64,000 nucleotides of DNA from positions 38,325,134-38,389,133 of the forward strand of contig NC_068994.1 in assembly GCF_001194135.2 (NCBI RefSeq), written 5' to 3'. Origin of the DNA: Octopus bimaculoides (lineage: Eukaryota). The notes below the pieces were generated by a model that saw nothing but the letters and a program-made list of their open reading frames with translations, did not search any database and was not told the origin of the DNA. This document shows, piece by piece, positions 40,740 through 54,245 of the stretch (position 1 is the first letter of the stretch; the number at the start of each line of letters is the position of its first letter). The position numbers and the translations under genes are program-made.

Positions 40740-41902
40740 GACTACAGTCTTCAATAATGTTACCAAAAGGGATAGTAAGTGGATAACGATAATGAAATAT
40801 ATCAAACAAATGTTGCACCCTCAGTTTTCTTCTGTCACCTCCTGTAAGCATGTAAATTTATATTTCATTAAGCAAGAGAAAATTATAATATTTGCAGCAA
40901 TGATATAAATAGATTAATAATTCCATAAACATACTGATTTATATCAAAATCTCTGCATTATCTTTCATCTGTCTGTCTCAATGCATTTTCATCAATATTA
41001 TGTACTCTTTCACATATAACAATATTGTGTAATACTAGAAATATTAAGTAAATGCGTTTTATCATGAGTTAAATCTTTTTGCATTAGATTCTTCTACTCT
41101 TCAACAATTTTTGAACCATAATAATCTACAGGTCTGATATTATTAAACAGATGAGGAAAAAAATTTACATATGCAGGACTCATTTATTTCAAGTTGCCAC
41201 CCATGAAAGTGGAAACTATACTCAAATTAATTCAACACATGTGATATATACTTGAAGTTTTGAGCTGTAAATGAAAACTGTACAGTGCATGTGAATTTAC
41301 TAAATGGAGATCATATTGTTAAGTAGATCATCTTGAGTGAAATTCAAGACAGTCACAACTTTTAAATAATATACTTATAAATGCCTTGCTGTTGACTGCA
41401 AAGCTTTTGTAGTTTGAATAATTATGAATTTGGCTTTTTAACAATCTGCTGAAAATGTACTGTAGAAATCTTTAAATTATGTAGCCACAAAATTACCAAA
41501 TTAAAAATGAAAACACAGTTATTTAAACTACATGGTTTGAATTACTGCCCTTCGATACCACCCAAGTGAAAAGAAAAAATATTTGTGATAAACTTCTAAG
41601 TCTTTGTAATTATCATATATTCATTCTAGTCACTTACAATTAACACTTTGATTGCAGTTAAAATTATTTTCTAATCAAAGATTAACCCTCTCACACAGAT
41701 TCAAACTTTCATTAATTCTAGAATTCTCTGGAACACTAAAATGATAGATTCTAAAATTTAGTGCAATTATACCTTCTCTATTATTTACTATTCTTGATAG
41801 TACAATTTACATTCCATGTACGACTTCTGGAAATCATTATGAAATACAAATATTAGAAAATAACTATTTTTAAATCTCACGAGAGATATTCAGCAATAAT
41901 AC

Positions 41903-42250
41903 TTTGGAGTAAAGGTTGTTTACCAACATAACATGGCGGTCCTGGTTTAGGACAAATGTTGCTGTAATTTAGCCCCAGGAGACATTGTCTCCAGCTGGCT
42001 ATACGACACAATCTGTGTCCTTACATTTTTCGAACAAGGGAATCTAGCACCCCCACTCAGCTCAAAACAATATCTGTGTATCGTGATTTTCGGGTTATTT
42101 TCCTTCACCAGCACAGCTGAAGCAAAATGTAAGGACACAGATCATGTTGTTTAGCTAGCTGGAGACAATTTCTCCTGGGGTTAAATTACGGCAACATTCA
42201 TCCTAAACCAGGACAGCTGTGTTATGTTGGCAAACAGCCTTTACTCCAAA
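41903..42250. mobile_element. Foldback/MITE with long imperfect TIRs (about 125 bp) in P3 leader intron
   Basis: tttggagtaaagg..ggacaaatgttgc..ccccaggagacattgtctccagct..tgtgtccttacatttt, mirrored at about 42124-42250. Confidence 0.75.
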
Positions 42251-42402
42251 TGCAAATATGTTTGAAAAATTCTAATGATAGTAAGTAAACTATTGTATTA
42301 CATCATTCCCTATGTAACAACAGATTTAACTTGTGAATAAATAAACCATTTTAGAAATATACAAACGTTTACACATCAGAATAACTTTCAATAAATACTT
42401 AC

Positions 42403-42648
42403 CATGAGTTGTTTGTTGTTTGTACTGGTGTTACTGCACTATTTGTGTGTTCTGGTTACAAAGTTGTAGTAGCAGCAGCAGCAGTCCTGAATAGGTTGGT
42501 ATGTGATAGTACTATATAGTCCTATGAAGTTGGTTGTTAGTACGTCATGTTTGTTGTAACCAATGACAAGCTGTCTATTTTTCCCATGCAAGGAAATGGA
42601 AATACAGCCTCTAGTTCTTGCAGTTAATAATGGTCTGACTCACAGACT
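42403..42648 (-). promoter_or_regulatory. P3 leader exon and conserved promoter core
   Basis: Donor ctcatg|gtaagt at 42403; core ccaatgacaagctgtc...gcaaggaaatggaaatacagcct...ggtctgactcacagact at about 42556-42648. Confidence 0.68.
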
Positions 42649-43655
42649 AGTTCACTTTCTGTACATGCACATACATGTGTGTGTGTGTGTGTTAGAAGAA
42701 TGTACACAAATGAATAAGGAAGAAAAGTTTAATATTCGGAATGGAGAGGATAGGCAATAAATTCAATATGGAAAATATCATTTCTCAATAATTATACCAT
42801 ATTTAAAAAAAAAAAATCTGAGAAAACTGGCTTTAAAGACTAAGATGTTACCCAATCTAAATCATTCTTTTTTTTTTTATAAAATGAGTATAGAATATAT
42901 TCCTTTAAAAATAAAGTACATACGTAGTTTAAAGCAATAATATAAAATAGCTACAAAATTATGTCAAGAAACTTTTGGAAAATATGCAACAGTGGTTATC
43001 AATATGGGAATGTGGGAAACCCACTATTGCTCTTTTGAAATTAAAACTGCAATTTAATAGATTTTGTCAGAATAAACAATAATAACGAAGAATTTCCTAA
43101 TGAAAAGAACTAACTGGTACAAGTGCTAACTATTGCAGTCGAATATGGATTAAATCTCTGATTTCAAGAAAAACATTAACATTTAGTATTCAGGGAAAAT
43201 GTTGAGTGAGAATATACAATATTGCAAGAATACGAGTGTAAGATTTGAGAAAATTACAATTCAAGCAGTAGATATAGAGAAACATTAGAATATTGGACAA
43301 AATGTCTGCATAATTTAGTCAAGATTATTTCACACTGAGTTCGGATTGCAATGAGGTTATCTTTAACATAACATTGGTAGAAAAGATGAAATGCAAAATA
43401 CAGATGAAAAAATATAGTTGACTTAACCTCTAGCAGACAATGGTAGGGGAAACAATTCTAGAGTAAATGCAGAGTGCTAAAGGTTAATGTTCCTTTAAGA
43501 CTATAACAGGAGATGAAGAAAATTAAATCTAATAGTCACACATCATCGATAAACGTTCGATTGTGAGGAAAAAGAACACTGCTATAACATTTTCCATAAA
43601 GTGAAGTTATTGCCTATGTTATGTAATAATGATTTATGTTCTTGAAATTATGCTG

Positions 43656-43981
43656 TTAGATGTTTGTTTCAGATTGAGAAGGTACCTGAAGTATTGAAGG
43701 TACCTTTGGTAGAGTTGTTACTTTAGGTACAGCTGGTAGAGGTGGTTTACAGTCTGAAGAAAAGTCACTTGTCATTGGTACAGTAGATGGTTGTTCACTT
43801 ACGTCAGATGTAGTACCAGTTACTGTAAAAGGTATTTGGTCATGATCACAGGAAGTGTTAATATCAACGTTAGGCTGGTAATGATATCCATTGTGATTAT
43901 CTCCGCTTGATCTGTTGAATGTGTTTGAAAAATTGGGATTTCTCCTATTCCATGTACGGTCATATTGATAGCGGCACAGAT
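43656..43981 (-). CDS. P4 last coding exon (DLCRYQYDRTWNRRNP...KPPLPAVPKVTTLPKVP...SETNI*)
   Basis: Acceptor tctag|atctg at 43981; ORF 43656-44018. Confidence 0.85.
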
Positions 43982-44339
43982 CTAGAAATATCCAGATGTG
44001 GATGAAGTTAAAACGCAAAAAGAAAAAACAATAACCCTTACATTTGTTTTATACAAAAAAATAATTAAACATTTATGTAGTACTTGTACTGCTAATCAAA
44101 GCATTGATATAATAACATACCATGAAGAAAGAATTACACTCCTGCAAATACCATATTAAGATTTTTTCCTGGTTATAGTCAGATTCAGGAAAAAATTTTG
44201 GGAGTAAGATCAATTTGCAATAGACTGATGGAACTTTTCAGATAAAAGCCTTGATGACAAAGGACAGAGATATTAAAACATTGCTGAAATCAAGAAGACC
44301 ACCACAACACAATTGATATCCTAAAACAAGACTACCACA

Positions 44340-44830
44340 TAAAAAGCATTTGTGCTGGTCCCACGTAAAAAGCACTGGTGCTGGGGGCCACGTAAAAAGC
44401 ACTTGGTACCACGTAAAAAGCACNNNNNNNNNNNNNNNNNNNNNNNNNNNNNNNNNNNNNNNNNNNNNNNNNNNNNNNNNNNNNNNNNNNNNNNNNNNNN
44501 NNNNNNNNNNNNNNNNNNNNNNNNNNNNNNNNNNNNNNNNNNNNNGCTGGTGCCCTGTAAAAAGCACTGGTGCTGGGGCCACGTAAAAAGCATTGGTGCT
44601 GAGGCCACTTAAAAAGCACTGGTGCTGGGGCCACGTAAAAAGCACTGGTGCTGGGGCCACGTAAAAAGCACTGGTGATGGGGACACGTAAAAAGCACTGG
44701 TGATGGGGACACGTAAAAAGCACTAGTGCTGGGACCACGTAAAAAGCACTGGTGATGGGGCCACTTAAAAAAAAATTGGTGCCAGTACCATGTAAATATC
44801 CCCAGTACTAGTGCCATGTAAATAGCACCT
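44340..44830 (+). repeat. Minisatellite, about 26-bp unit ggtgctggggccacgtaaaaagcact, interrupted by an N gap
   Basis: Consecutive near-identical units without unique spacers; grades into RTE 3' UTR sequence at 44880-45035. Confidence 0.9.
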
Positions 44831-45207
44831 GTGCTGGTGCCACAAAAAAAAGTACCTGTGCAAGTGTCATGTAAAAGTACCAATGCTACTACCATATAAA
44901 AAGTACCCAGCACACACTTTAAAGTGGATAGCATTAGAAAGGGCAGCCAGCCATAGAAACCAAACCGAAACACATGACTGGCCACTGGTGCAGTTCTCCA
45001 GCTCTAGCCAAACCATCCAACCCATGCCAGCATGGAAAACGTATGTATGTATAATCTGAAGCATGCTACAATGAAAAAAAGTGAACATAAAACAGACTGA
45101 AAGATATATACAAAGTTTTACATTATCATAAACACCTCGTTACATTTCAATACTCAATTCAAATACTTCTTGCTTTTGAAGAAATTTTGGAGATTTTTTT
45201 TACTGAC

Positions 45208-45358
45208 CTGGCAGTTCCTCATAATGTCCAGCACTACCGACACTCCAACCATGACCACTATCAGAGTGAGATGACAATGTTGACATTTCACTGAATTGGT
45301 CAGTATAGTTTAGTTCTCTATATCCTGGAGAGATGCTTTCTTCTCTTGGAATAAACAT
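45208..45358 (-). CDS. P4 coding exon 2 (MFIPREESISPGYRELNYTDQFSEMSTLSSHSDSGHGWSVGSAGHYEELP), 151 bp
   Basis: Acceptor ttccag|ATG; donor ccag|gtcagt, phase 1; hand-translated. Confidence 0.85.
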
Positions 45359-45568
45359 CTGGAAAAATTTATTACATAGTGCAGTATACAGTTACAATAA
45401 TAAGAAAGATTCTAATAATCTATGGTGTTTCATGTTTTGTAATAGAATATTTTAAGATATGAAATTATGAAGAACATTCTGAAATACTTATTTCTTCAAG
45501 ATAAACTATACACAAAAGCAGAATTTTCCCCAAAAGATTTCCAAACACATGAAAATTAATGAACTCAC

Positions 45569-47792
45569 CTGTTGTTTTCTTGAAGTTAGATCATCCCATC
45601 TATCAGCTGACATAGTTCTGCAGTGAATATCTTTCCTGTCTTCTATTGGTTGTTGAGATTTCTTCAGATTTCTCTCCAATGTGTTCTGAACTTTAGGATG
45701 AACACATGTGGGATCAAAAATATATTTTGATTGTATATTTAATGTAGGTGTAACCTTGTGGTACATATCAACACTACTATTATAGTTGCTATCTGTTCGC
45801 TTCAAACCATGAACTATACAGATTGATATAGAGATCACTATAACAACTGATAGGATCACAGCTGCTATAACAATAACAGTCATCACATTCAATTGGAGAC
45901 CATTACTTGATTCTGTTGTTGTCTTTGAAGGGGTCTTAAATATCTTTGATGTGTTGTTACTAACTGTTAGAGTCAAAGACAACATTGTTGTTGATGACAG
46001 AACTGGATTACCACTATCTTTCACACTTAGTNNNNNNNNNNNNNNNNNNNNNNNNNNNNNNNNNNNNNNNNNNNNNNNNNNNNNNNNNNNNNNNNNNNNN
46101 NNNNNNNNNNNNNNNNNNNNNNNNNNNNNNNNNNNNNNNNNNNNNNNNNNNNNNNNNNNNNNNNNNNNNNNNNNNNNNNNNNNNNNNNNNNNNNNNNNNN
46201 NNNNNNNNNNNNNNNNNNNNNNNNNNNNNNNNNNNNNNNNNNNNNNNNNNNNNNNNNNNNNNTATCTGAAATGGTAGAATATCTTTTCCATTAGATAATA
46301 GAGAATAGGTTAATTGTCCTCCATCTCCAATATCTGGGTCTGTAGCATTGACATATCCAACAGGGAAGTCTTTGTGTTCATTTTCATAGGTGAGAAACTT
46401 AAATGTGTCCTGACTAAACTGAGGCTGTACATCATTTATGTCAGTGACCATCATAGAAAACTGTTTCTCTACTTTCAATGGAGGTAAACCATTATCTTGA
46501 CATTTAATTGTGAAATCAAATCTCTTCTCACTCTCTCTATCTATTTCACTCTTGACAACAATTTTGTATTTCTTTACAGACAATGAGATTAGCTGAAGAT
46601 ATCTGTTTTGTAAATGACACTTCACTTGTCCATTTACTCCACCGTCATTGTCAGTAACTTTGACATATGCAATAAAGTTGTGAATTTGAGTTCCTTCTGA
46701 AATGACTGCTGTGTTTCCAGTCAACTTTAAAATGAATTTGACATCAATGTCTGGTGGATTATTAAGAAGACTGACACCGTTTACAAGAACAGTGGCTGTT
46801 GAGGACCTTGGTGGATTACCATTATCTCTAGCTTCAACAAACAATTTATATATCCTTCCGAACTGAAATTCTTTCTTCAGAAACAAATATCCAGTTACTT
46901 CATCTAATCTGAAAAATTGTACAGCATATTTTGATATGATGGCATTGAAAAAATAAGATATTAATCCATTTTCTCCTTCATCTAAATCTGTAGCTGACAG
47001 CTTTGCAATAGGTTTGTTTAACTGGTGTGTGTCATTTACAGTGACATTAATAGTATTTTGGGAGAACACAGGGAAATTATCATTAATATCTTTAATAATT
47101 ATTTTTATGTGAAGTACACCTTCCTTTACAGGTGATCCTTTATCTCTGGCAATTAACTGAATATTATACATGTCTTTTGTCTCACGATCTAAGACATTTT
47201 CTAGATTTAGTTGCAATAAATCAGAGCCATCCAAATTTTTAGAAACAAACAATTTAAAAGGAATATCTAAATCTTTGATCTGATAAGTGATTCTGGAATT
47301 CTTAATACTGACATCATTATCAATGGCATTTGGAATTATATATTTGGTTCCTATTAAATCATTTTCATCAAATTTTAAATGAAATTCCTTCTTTGGAAAC
47401 TTAGGATAATTATCATTGACATCATCTATTACAACTTTGATTTCTATTATCTTGAGAAAGGAATGGTCATGTTGAACTGCTATTTCCAATATTCTGAAAC
47501 ATTCCACATTATATTGGCATAGAATCTCTGCATCCAATATAGCAGCAGTGTACAGTTGTCCTCCAGGTGTAACATTAAATAACTGAACAGCTCCATCAAT
47601 ACTACCTTGTAGTACATTAAATGTCAGTTTGTTACTTTTATCCTGAGACTGTATATTATGCAGTAACTGTGTATCAGTGACAATATCTCCAATGTAGCTG
47701 TGTATATCCTTGTTCTCCTTCACATGGTAGATGTGATCCACACACCAGCAGTTGTCAGCCATCAACAATACCAACAAAACTATATATAACAT
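45569..47792 (-). CDS. PCDH: Protocadherin P4, large coding exon (gap over EC5-EC6)
   Basis: ORFs 46014-47807 and 45506-46291 flank the gap; acceptor ttttcag| at 47880; ATG 47792; donor CAG|gtgag at 45569. Confidence 0.92.
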
Positions 47793-50044
47793 GGCTACAG
47801 TCTCCAAGGTAATATATATATGTAATGTTGATGGAAACTATCAAAGAATTGTGACTTCTTGAATTTTCTTCTGTTGTCTCCTGAAAACATGTAAAGACGT
47901 ATAAACTTATTATGCATAAGAAAGGATGTAGTAATCAAGAAAATGCATATAATTTCCAACTGAAAGTAATGAGATATTGTATGATAGAATTACAAATTAT
48001 GCCAAGTTGTCAAGGTGACAGAATCATTAGCACACCAGACAAAATAATTAGCAGCATTTTGTCCATCTTTACATTCCAAATTCAAATTCTTCCATAGTCA
48101 ACTTTGCCTTTCATCCTTTCAGGATTGATAAAATGCCCATTGAACAGTACAGCTGATGTAATTGATTTACACCTTCCTCTATAATTGTTGACCTTGTGCC
48201 TAAATTTGAAATCAAATTACAAGTCATGCCAAAGACTCTACATATCATTGCATTCTCTCTCTCAATATGCATTTCCATCAACATATAGTGTGAACTCTTT
48301 CAACCAGTAGTTTAATACAATAGAATTTTATGATATTTCCCTTCCACACAAATAAGTTGTTTTTGGTGTGTAAAACTATTACATAAATGGTCTTGTCTCT
48401 TATTCTGTAACAACTATTTCTTAAAATTTCATCATTTCAGGAACAACTTCATCACTAAAACAAATGAAGGTAAGATATTTATATATGTTTGACTGGCTTA
48501 CATCTGTTAAATTATCTTAGATTCTTATTAAGTAAGCTTTAAAAAAAGTCTACACTGACACTTAAAGAACCCTTTTCAAATATCTGTCAAAACTCCCTCC
48601 AGCTACAAACTGCCATAATATTTAAAAAGAAGACACATTGGAAAATATGTATATCAAAGTACAGTATAACACACAAAAAATAAAAATGTAATCATCATGG
48701 CCAAAACTGCCTTTCATCATTGATTTGTTCAATCAGAAACAACTTGGGATTAAAAGGCAGTTGTGACTCAAAGTATAATTAGCCTTTCCACTGAAATGAT
48801 ATTTCTAGAAATTCTCTGCAATTAATCTGATGGTACATGTATCTTTTCAAAATACTCTCATAAATATTTTATGATTAGCATTAAGTTTTGCAGTCTGAAG
48901 AACAACCAGCTGAGGTTTTTAGCAATCTGCTATAGAGAGAAGACCATAATCGTTGCTCTAACAGGCTAAAAGCTCAATATGCAACAGGGGTTGTATACTA
49001 GTGCCATACTTTACGAGTTTCACAACACTATTTATGCCAGGATAGCACAAAAGTATCTTCTACTAAAATATCTGTTACTAAACGTACTTATTCTATGCCA
49101 CAAGGCTATGAGTCAAGTCACAACAATGAAGCTGCAACCTTTACAGTTAGACATTATTGATAATTTTTTAGATGTGATTCATAAACTTTTACTGAGATGA
49201 AAATTGAATAAATATTTTAACATTTTCTTCCATTACTAAAATGGACTCAACTCATTTAGACTTGCTTTTCTGATTCATGTTAAACCAACACACTGGATGG
49301 TTGAGATCAAGGATGTGATTTGGTTAAACACACCACATGAATCTTTTTATCATACACTTGTTTCAGTTATTAGACAGTGGCCATGCTGGGGCACTAGCCT
49401 GATAATATATTCTCTATTTACAACCTTAGTACTCCCCAATCGTTTTATTCCAAAAGTTATTAAATTACAGAACATTTAGAATGAGTCTCTGTTTCATAGA
49501 TATTATTAGTTTTTAAGACTCATACTTACTGAGTTACATTTGGAAAAAAAATTTGAAAAATAAACACAACAAAATGAGTTATTCCCCTTTAATATTGACC
49601 TAAAAAAAAAAAGAGAGAACAAGCAATAATTGCCAAAATAGCCTGAGCTGAAGAGATAATTTCCTTCATTACATCTACCTTCTAATTACAGATATTTAAC
49701 CATTCTGTTATATTTAACACCATTCTCTCATTAACATTAGCCATTCCAATCATAGTAAAACCTCCAGTAATTCCAGAATTTACAGCAAGAGTAAAATTAC
49801 AAATTTTAAAACTTAGTGAAATTATAGCTTTCCTAAAATTTACTATTCAAGATAGTCTTTGAGAAATACCATTTATATTCCAGATCTGATATATGGAAAT
49901 CGTGATGAGGTACAAATATCTGAATAGAATAACATTCTATTATTACATCCTGTATGTACCAATAGAATGAACTTGTGAATAAATAAAACAGTTTAAAAAC
50001 ATACAAACGTTTACACAACAGAATAATTTCTAATAAGTACTTAC

Positions 50045-50287
50045 CAACAGTTTCAGCTGTTTATATAGCTGTTGCTATGCTGTTTCAGTGTTTTGGCAAC
50101 AAAGTTATATTAGTAGCAGAAGTTTTGAGTAGTTTGGTATGTGATAGTGTTATGTAGTTCTATGAAGTTGGCTGTGTAGTATGTAATGTGTGTTGTAGCC
50201 AATGACAAGCTGTCTTTTATTCTAATGCAAGGAAACGGAAGTACAGCCTCCAGTTCTTGCAGTTAATGATGGGCTGACTCACAGACT
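50045..50287 (-). promoter_or_regulatory. P4 leader exon and conserved promoter core
   Basis: Donor ctgttg|gtaagt at 50045; core at about 50195-50287. Confidence 0.7.
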
Positions 50288-51339
50288 GATTTACTTAAGC
50301 CACACACACTTACATATATATGTGTATGTGTGTTAGTACTTTCATAAATGAATAAAGAAGAAATGTCTAATGATTAGAATGAAGGGGACAGGCAATAAAT
50401 TCAGTATGGAAAACATTTCTAAATAATGATGATATATACGAGTAAAATTATGGTAAATATGTATAATATTTGTAACTTTATCATACAAATAGTACATAAC
50501 TTTAAAAAAGTTATGATGAAAGCAAAGTAAAATTGATTAGTATAAAAATTATGTTAATATAATAAAACTCCAGTGACATCACAGAGAAAAACTTTTTAGA
50601 AAATACGAAACTATGGCTATCAATAAACTAATAGTTGTTAGCTGGAAATCCGTATAGCAGAACATTAAAGGGAATGCAGAATGGGATAATGCGCATAAAG
50701 AATGATACTTGAAAGTTGCATAATCTCATTGGTGCATTTGTAAAATTAAATCAGCAGACTTCATTTTCAATTTGATAGATTTTCTCAGAATTAATAATGA
50801 TATCCAAGAGTTTCATAAAGAACAGAAGAATAAGGAGTCTACTAACAGATATAACTGGTACAAGCTATTGCAGTAAAATAAACTCTAAATCTCAGATATT
50901 GTGACAAGACAGTAACAGTTAGGATTATTCGAAAATGTAAATTTATAGCATTATAAAATACAAATTAAAAGCTTCATGAGATTTACTATTTAAGAAATGG
51001 TTTAGCAAAGATATTAGAATGTTGAATAAAATGTTGCTGTATTTAGTTACAAACTATTATGTACTGTGCCAAAATTTCTATAAGGTTAACTTTATTTTAT
51101 CAATTCCAAATGAGATTAAATACAAGCCAAGCAATTGGGCTGATTTAATGTTCTATTAAATCTAAAAACAGAAACTGAAAACTAACAGAAACTAATGAAT
51201 GAAACATTATCAATCAGTGTTTTACTATGACAAGAAATATTGCTGTATCATTAATATTTTCTATTAATGTATTCCTTACTGGAAATGTATTGCCTGTCTT
51301 GAGTAAATAATGCTTTGTTATATTCCTGAAGTTAGACTA

Positions 51340-51665
51340 CTAAATGTTTGTTGCAGATAGAGGAGGAGGAGGTACCTGGGATGATGAAGGTACCTTTGGT
51401 AGTGTTGTTATTTTGGGTACAGCTGGCAGAGATGGTTTACAGTCTGAAGTAAACTGACTTTTCACTGGTACTGTAGAATGTTGTTCAGTTATGTTAGATG
51501 TAGTCCCAGTAATAGTCAAAGGTGTTTGGTCAATCGAACAGGAAGTGTTATCAACATTGGGTCGATAGTGATATCCATATTCGTTATCTCCCCTTGATCT
51601 GTTGAGTGTATTTTGAAGTTGATTTCTTCTATTCCATGTATGGTCACTTTGATAACGACACAGAT
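51340..51665 (-). CDS. P5 last coding exon (DLCRYQSDHTWNRRNQL...LPAVPKITTLPKVP...SATNI*)
   Basis: Acceptor ttttag|atctg at 51665; ORF 51340-51810. Confidence 0.85.
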
Positions 51666-52049
51666 CTAAAAGTATCAAGATTTTACATAAATATACTTTG
51701 GAATCAACGATTAGCCTCATTAACATTTCTTTCATGCATAAAATTATTCTACATCTGTGTAGATTTGTTTGAAAGTTCGCCTCAATTTCTCTGTAAACCA
51801 GTGTTATCAATAAATTATCAAGCTGTTGATTAAAAATTCAAAGATAGAAGTAGTTGTTTTAGCCTAATTTAGGGGTACTGATTTCAGATTCAAAACCAGC
51901 TTTCACTCATCACCTTTAGTTTTTTAGATATACATTATTATGATTTTGCGACAATTCACATAACTATATATATATGACCAATTTTTATTTTGCTTTCCAG
52001 ATTTTTGTGATACATATCTCTGCAAAGGCTTCAGACACTTCAGAACACT

Positions 52050-52800
52050 GAGAATGCATCAACAAGACAAATTCATTCTGCTACGTATGTGGGGATTTCA
52101 TGACAGTTGCACAGCACAAATCAATTACTTTCATTATTTTGACTGTAAAATTGGAGATCAAAACAAATCCTGGGTCCCACACATCTGTTGTAAACCCTGC
52201 TACAATGGACTAACTGCATGGTTTAATGGCAAGAAAGCAGCCTTCAACTTTGCAGTCCTGATGGTCTGGAGAGAGAGCTATAAAGCCATGCAGATGATTG
52301 TCATTTTTGTCTAACAAATATAACAGGTTTCAATATTTCTTCTAGAAAAAAGATCAAATATCCCAACCTTCCCTCAGCTGTGAGACCTGATCCCCATTCA
52401 GATGATCTACCTGTCCCTACGACCCCAGCAAATAAGGATCTTCTTCCTTCATCAGATGAAGAAATGTCTTCAGGGGAAGATTCTGAAAAGTCAATCTCTT
52501 CTGAGCAATCTATTCAGAAGCATGTGGCAATGAACCCCACTGGATCACACAGGAAAACCTGAATGAGCTTGCCCGTGATTTTTATCTATCCTGGCTTAAG
52601 CAGTAGAACCTGGTCAAGGGAGATTTATGGGTCACCAGTTTCAGGACACGGAACCAGGACTTTGCTTCATTCTTCAACATGGAAAACAGGTTGTTCTACT
52701 GCATAATTGTCTCTGGGTTGTTCACCTTCCTTGGTTTCTCACACAATCCCTCAGACTGGTGTCTTTCTATAGACTCTTCCAAGCAAAGTCTGAAGGCTGA
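52050..52800 (+). mobile_element. Chapaev3-like (CMC) transposase remnant in P5 intron
   Basis: Pieces read C.NKTNSFCYVCG, CKIGDQNKSWVPHICCKPC, MVWRE, YPNLPSAVRP.PHSDDLPVP, HNPSDW...IDSSKQSLKA; frameshifted. Family assignment is from motif recall. Confidence 0.65.
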
Positions 52801-53131
52801 TTTCTAATAGAACTTTTTATATAATCAATATCTTATATATTCTATGTTAGAAATGAACAATAACTGTTAATTACATTGTAGTCCCATACTTTTGGTGGAA
52901 TGAAAGCTCCCTTCCTTGAAAAGCAATAAAGGATTAGCAACAGAAAGAGTTTCTGAGTGTATGCATTGCCTTAATATTCTACTCATCTGACTCATGCTAG
53001 GATAACAAAAATGAACATAAGATGAATGAACAAACTAAATTAAATATATGTAATTCTCTTTCATTAGTAAATATAATATTTAATTTACAAGTTTCTTACA
53101 TCAGAAGAAATGTTTGGTATTTTTAACTTAC

Positions 53132-53279
53132 CTGGCAGTTCCTCATAGTGTCCAGCACTACCGACACTCCAGCCATGACCACTATCAGTGTGAGATAATG
53201 TTGACATCTCACTGAGTTGATCGGTATTGTTTAGCTCTCTGTAACCTGGAGACATACTTTCCTCTCTTGGAATAAAGAT
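53132..53279 (-). CDS. P5 coding exon 2 (IFIPREESMSPGYRELNNTDQLSEMSTLSHTDSGHGWSVGSAGHYEELP), 148 bp
   Basis: Acceptor ttttag|atc; donor ccag|gtaagt, phase 1; one-codon deletion keeps frame; hand-translated. Confidence 0.85.
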
Positions 53280-53614
53280 CTAAAAATATAAATCCAGTGG
53301 TTCATTATAATGTTCTGGACATTTAGAAATCAAAATATAATTCAGAAATTTAAACAGTTTTAAGAAACCTTCAGTTGGGAGGTTAATTTATAAAATTTGG
53401 TACAAGTCATCCGTTAGAAAGTTGAGCTCTTAAAAAAGACACAAAACATCTGTCAGAATACTGATGCAATTCATAGAATAGTTTACATTCTTTGTCTCCA
53501 TGATATCTACAACACCACCATCTCTTAACACATATCTATGACTTGAGTTTGTAAAATTTAGACAAGCTTACAATAGTAAGAAAGATATATATATATTAAG
53601 TGATTTAGTTAGCC

Positions 53615-54245
53615 GGCACTATCATGCTATTAGCTGCCAGAAGTGAAAGTGCTCACTGCTAGTGAAGTATCTGTCTGTCTGCCTGTCTGCCTGCATGCNN
53701 NNNNNNNNNNNNNNNNNNNNNNNNNNNNNNNNNNNNNNNNNNNNNNNNNNNNNNNNNNNNNNNNNNNNNNNNNNNNNNNNNNNNNNNNNNNNNNNNNNNN
53801 NNNNNNNNNNNNNNNNNNNNNNNNNNNNNNNNNNNNNNNNNNNNNNNNNNNNNNNNNNNNNNNNNNNNNNNNNNNNNNNNNNNNNNNNNNNNNNNNNNNN
53901 NNNNNNNNNNNNNNNNNNNNNNNNNNNNNNNNNNNNNNNNNNNNNNNNNNNNNNNNNNNNNNNNNNNNNNNNNNNNNNNNNNNNNNNNNNNNNNNNNNNN
54001 NNNNNNNNNNNNNNNNNNNNNNNNNNNNNNNNNNNNNNNNNNNNNNNNNNNNNNNNNNNNNNNNNNNNNNNNNNNNNNNNNNNNNNNNNNNNNNNNNNNN
54101 NNNNNNNNNNNNNNNNNNNNNNNNNNNTATTAGCTGTCAGTAGCCAAAGAATCGACAGGCCAGCAACAGGCATGCAGGTAGACAGACAGATACTTCACTA
54201 GCAGTGAGCACTTTCACTTCTGACAGCTAATAGCATGATAGTGCC
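53615..54245. mobile_element. TIR element spanning an N gap in P5 intron
   Basis: ggcactatcatgctattagctg.cagaagtgaaagtgctcactgctagtgaagtatctgtctgtct and its reverse complement at about 54176-54245; flanks agttagcc / atttagcc (possible 8-bp TSD, 1 mismatch). Confidence 0.7.

Noticed and set aside
40740-40805. N-terminal extensions of P1, P3, P4 and P5 in the ORF track
   Set aside because: P3-P5 extensions start at TTG and the P1 extension crosses the splice acceptor; downstream ATGs give normal signal peptides.
44340-44830. CRISPR-like array
   Set aside because: Units are directly adjacent with no unique spacers; eukaryotic intron; no cas genes.
44238-44985. Repetitive ORFs on both strands
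   Set aside because: Translation of the 26-bp minisatellite.
53622-54201. Long ORFs spanning N runs (also 9757-10359, 29032-29475, 45951-46277, 55257-55862, 62071-62772)
   Set aside because: Length comes from untranslatable N; no independent coding signal.
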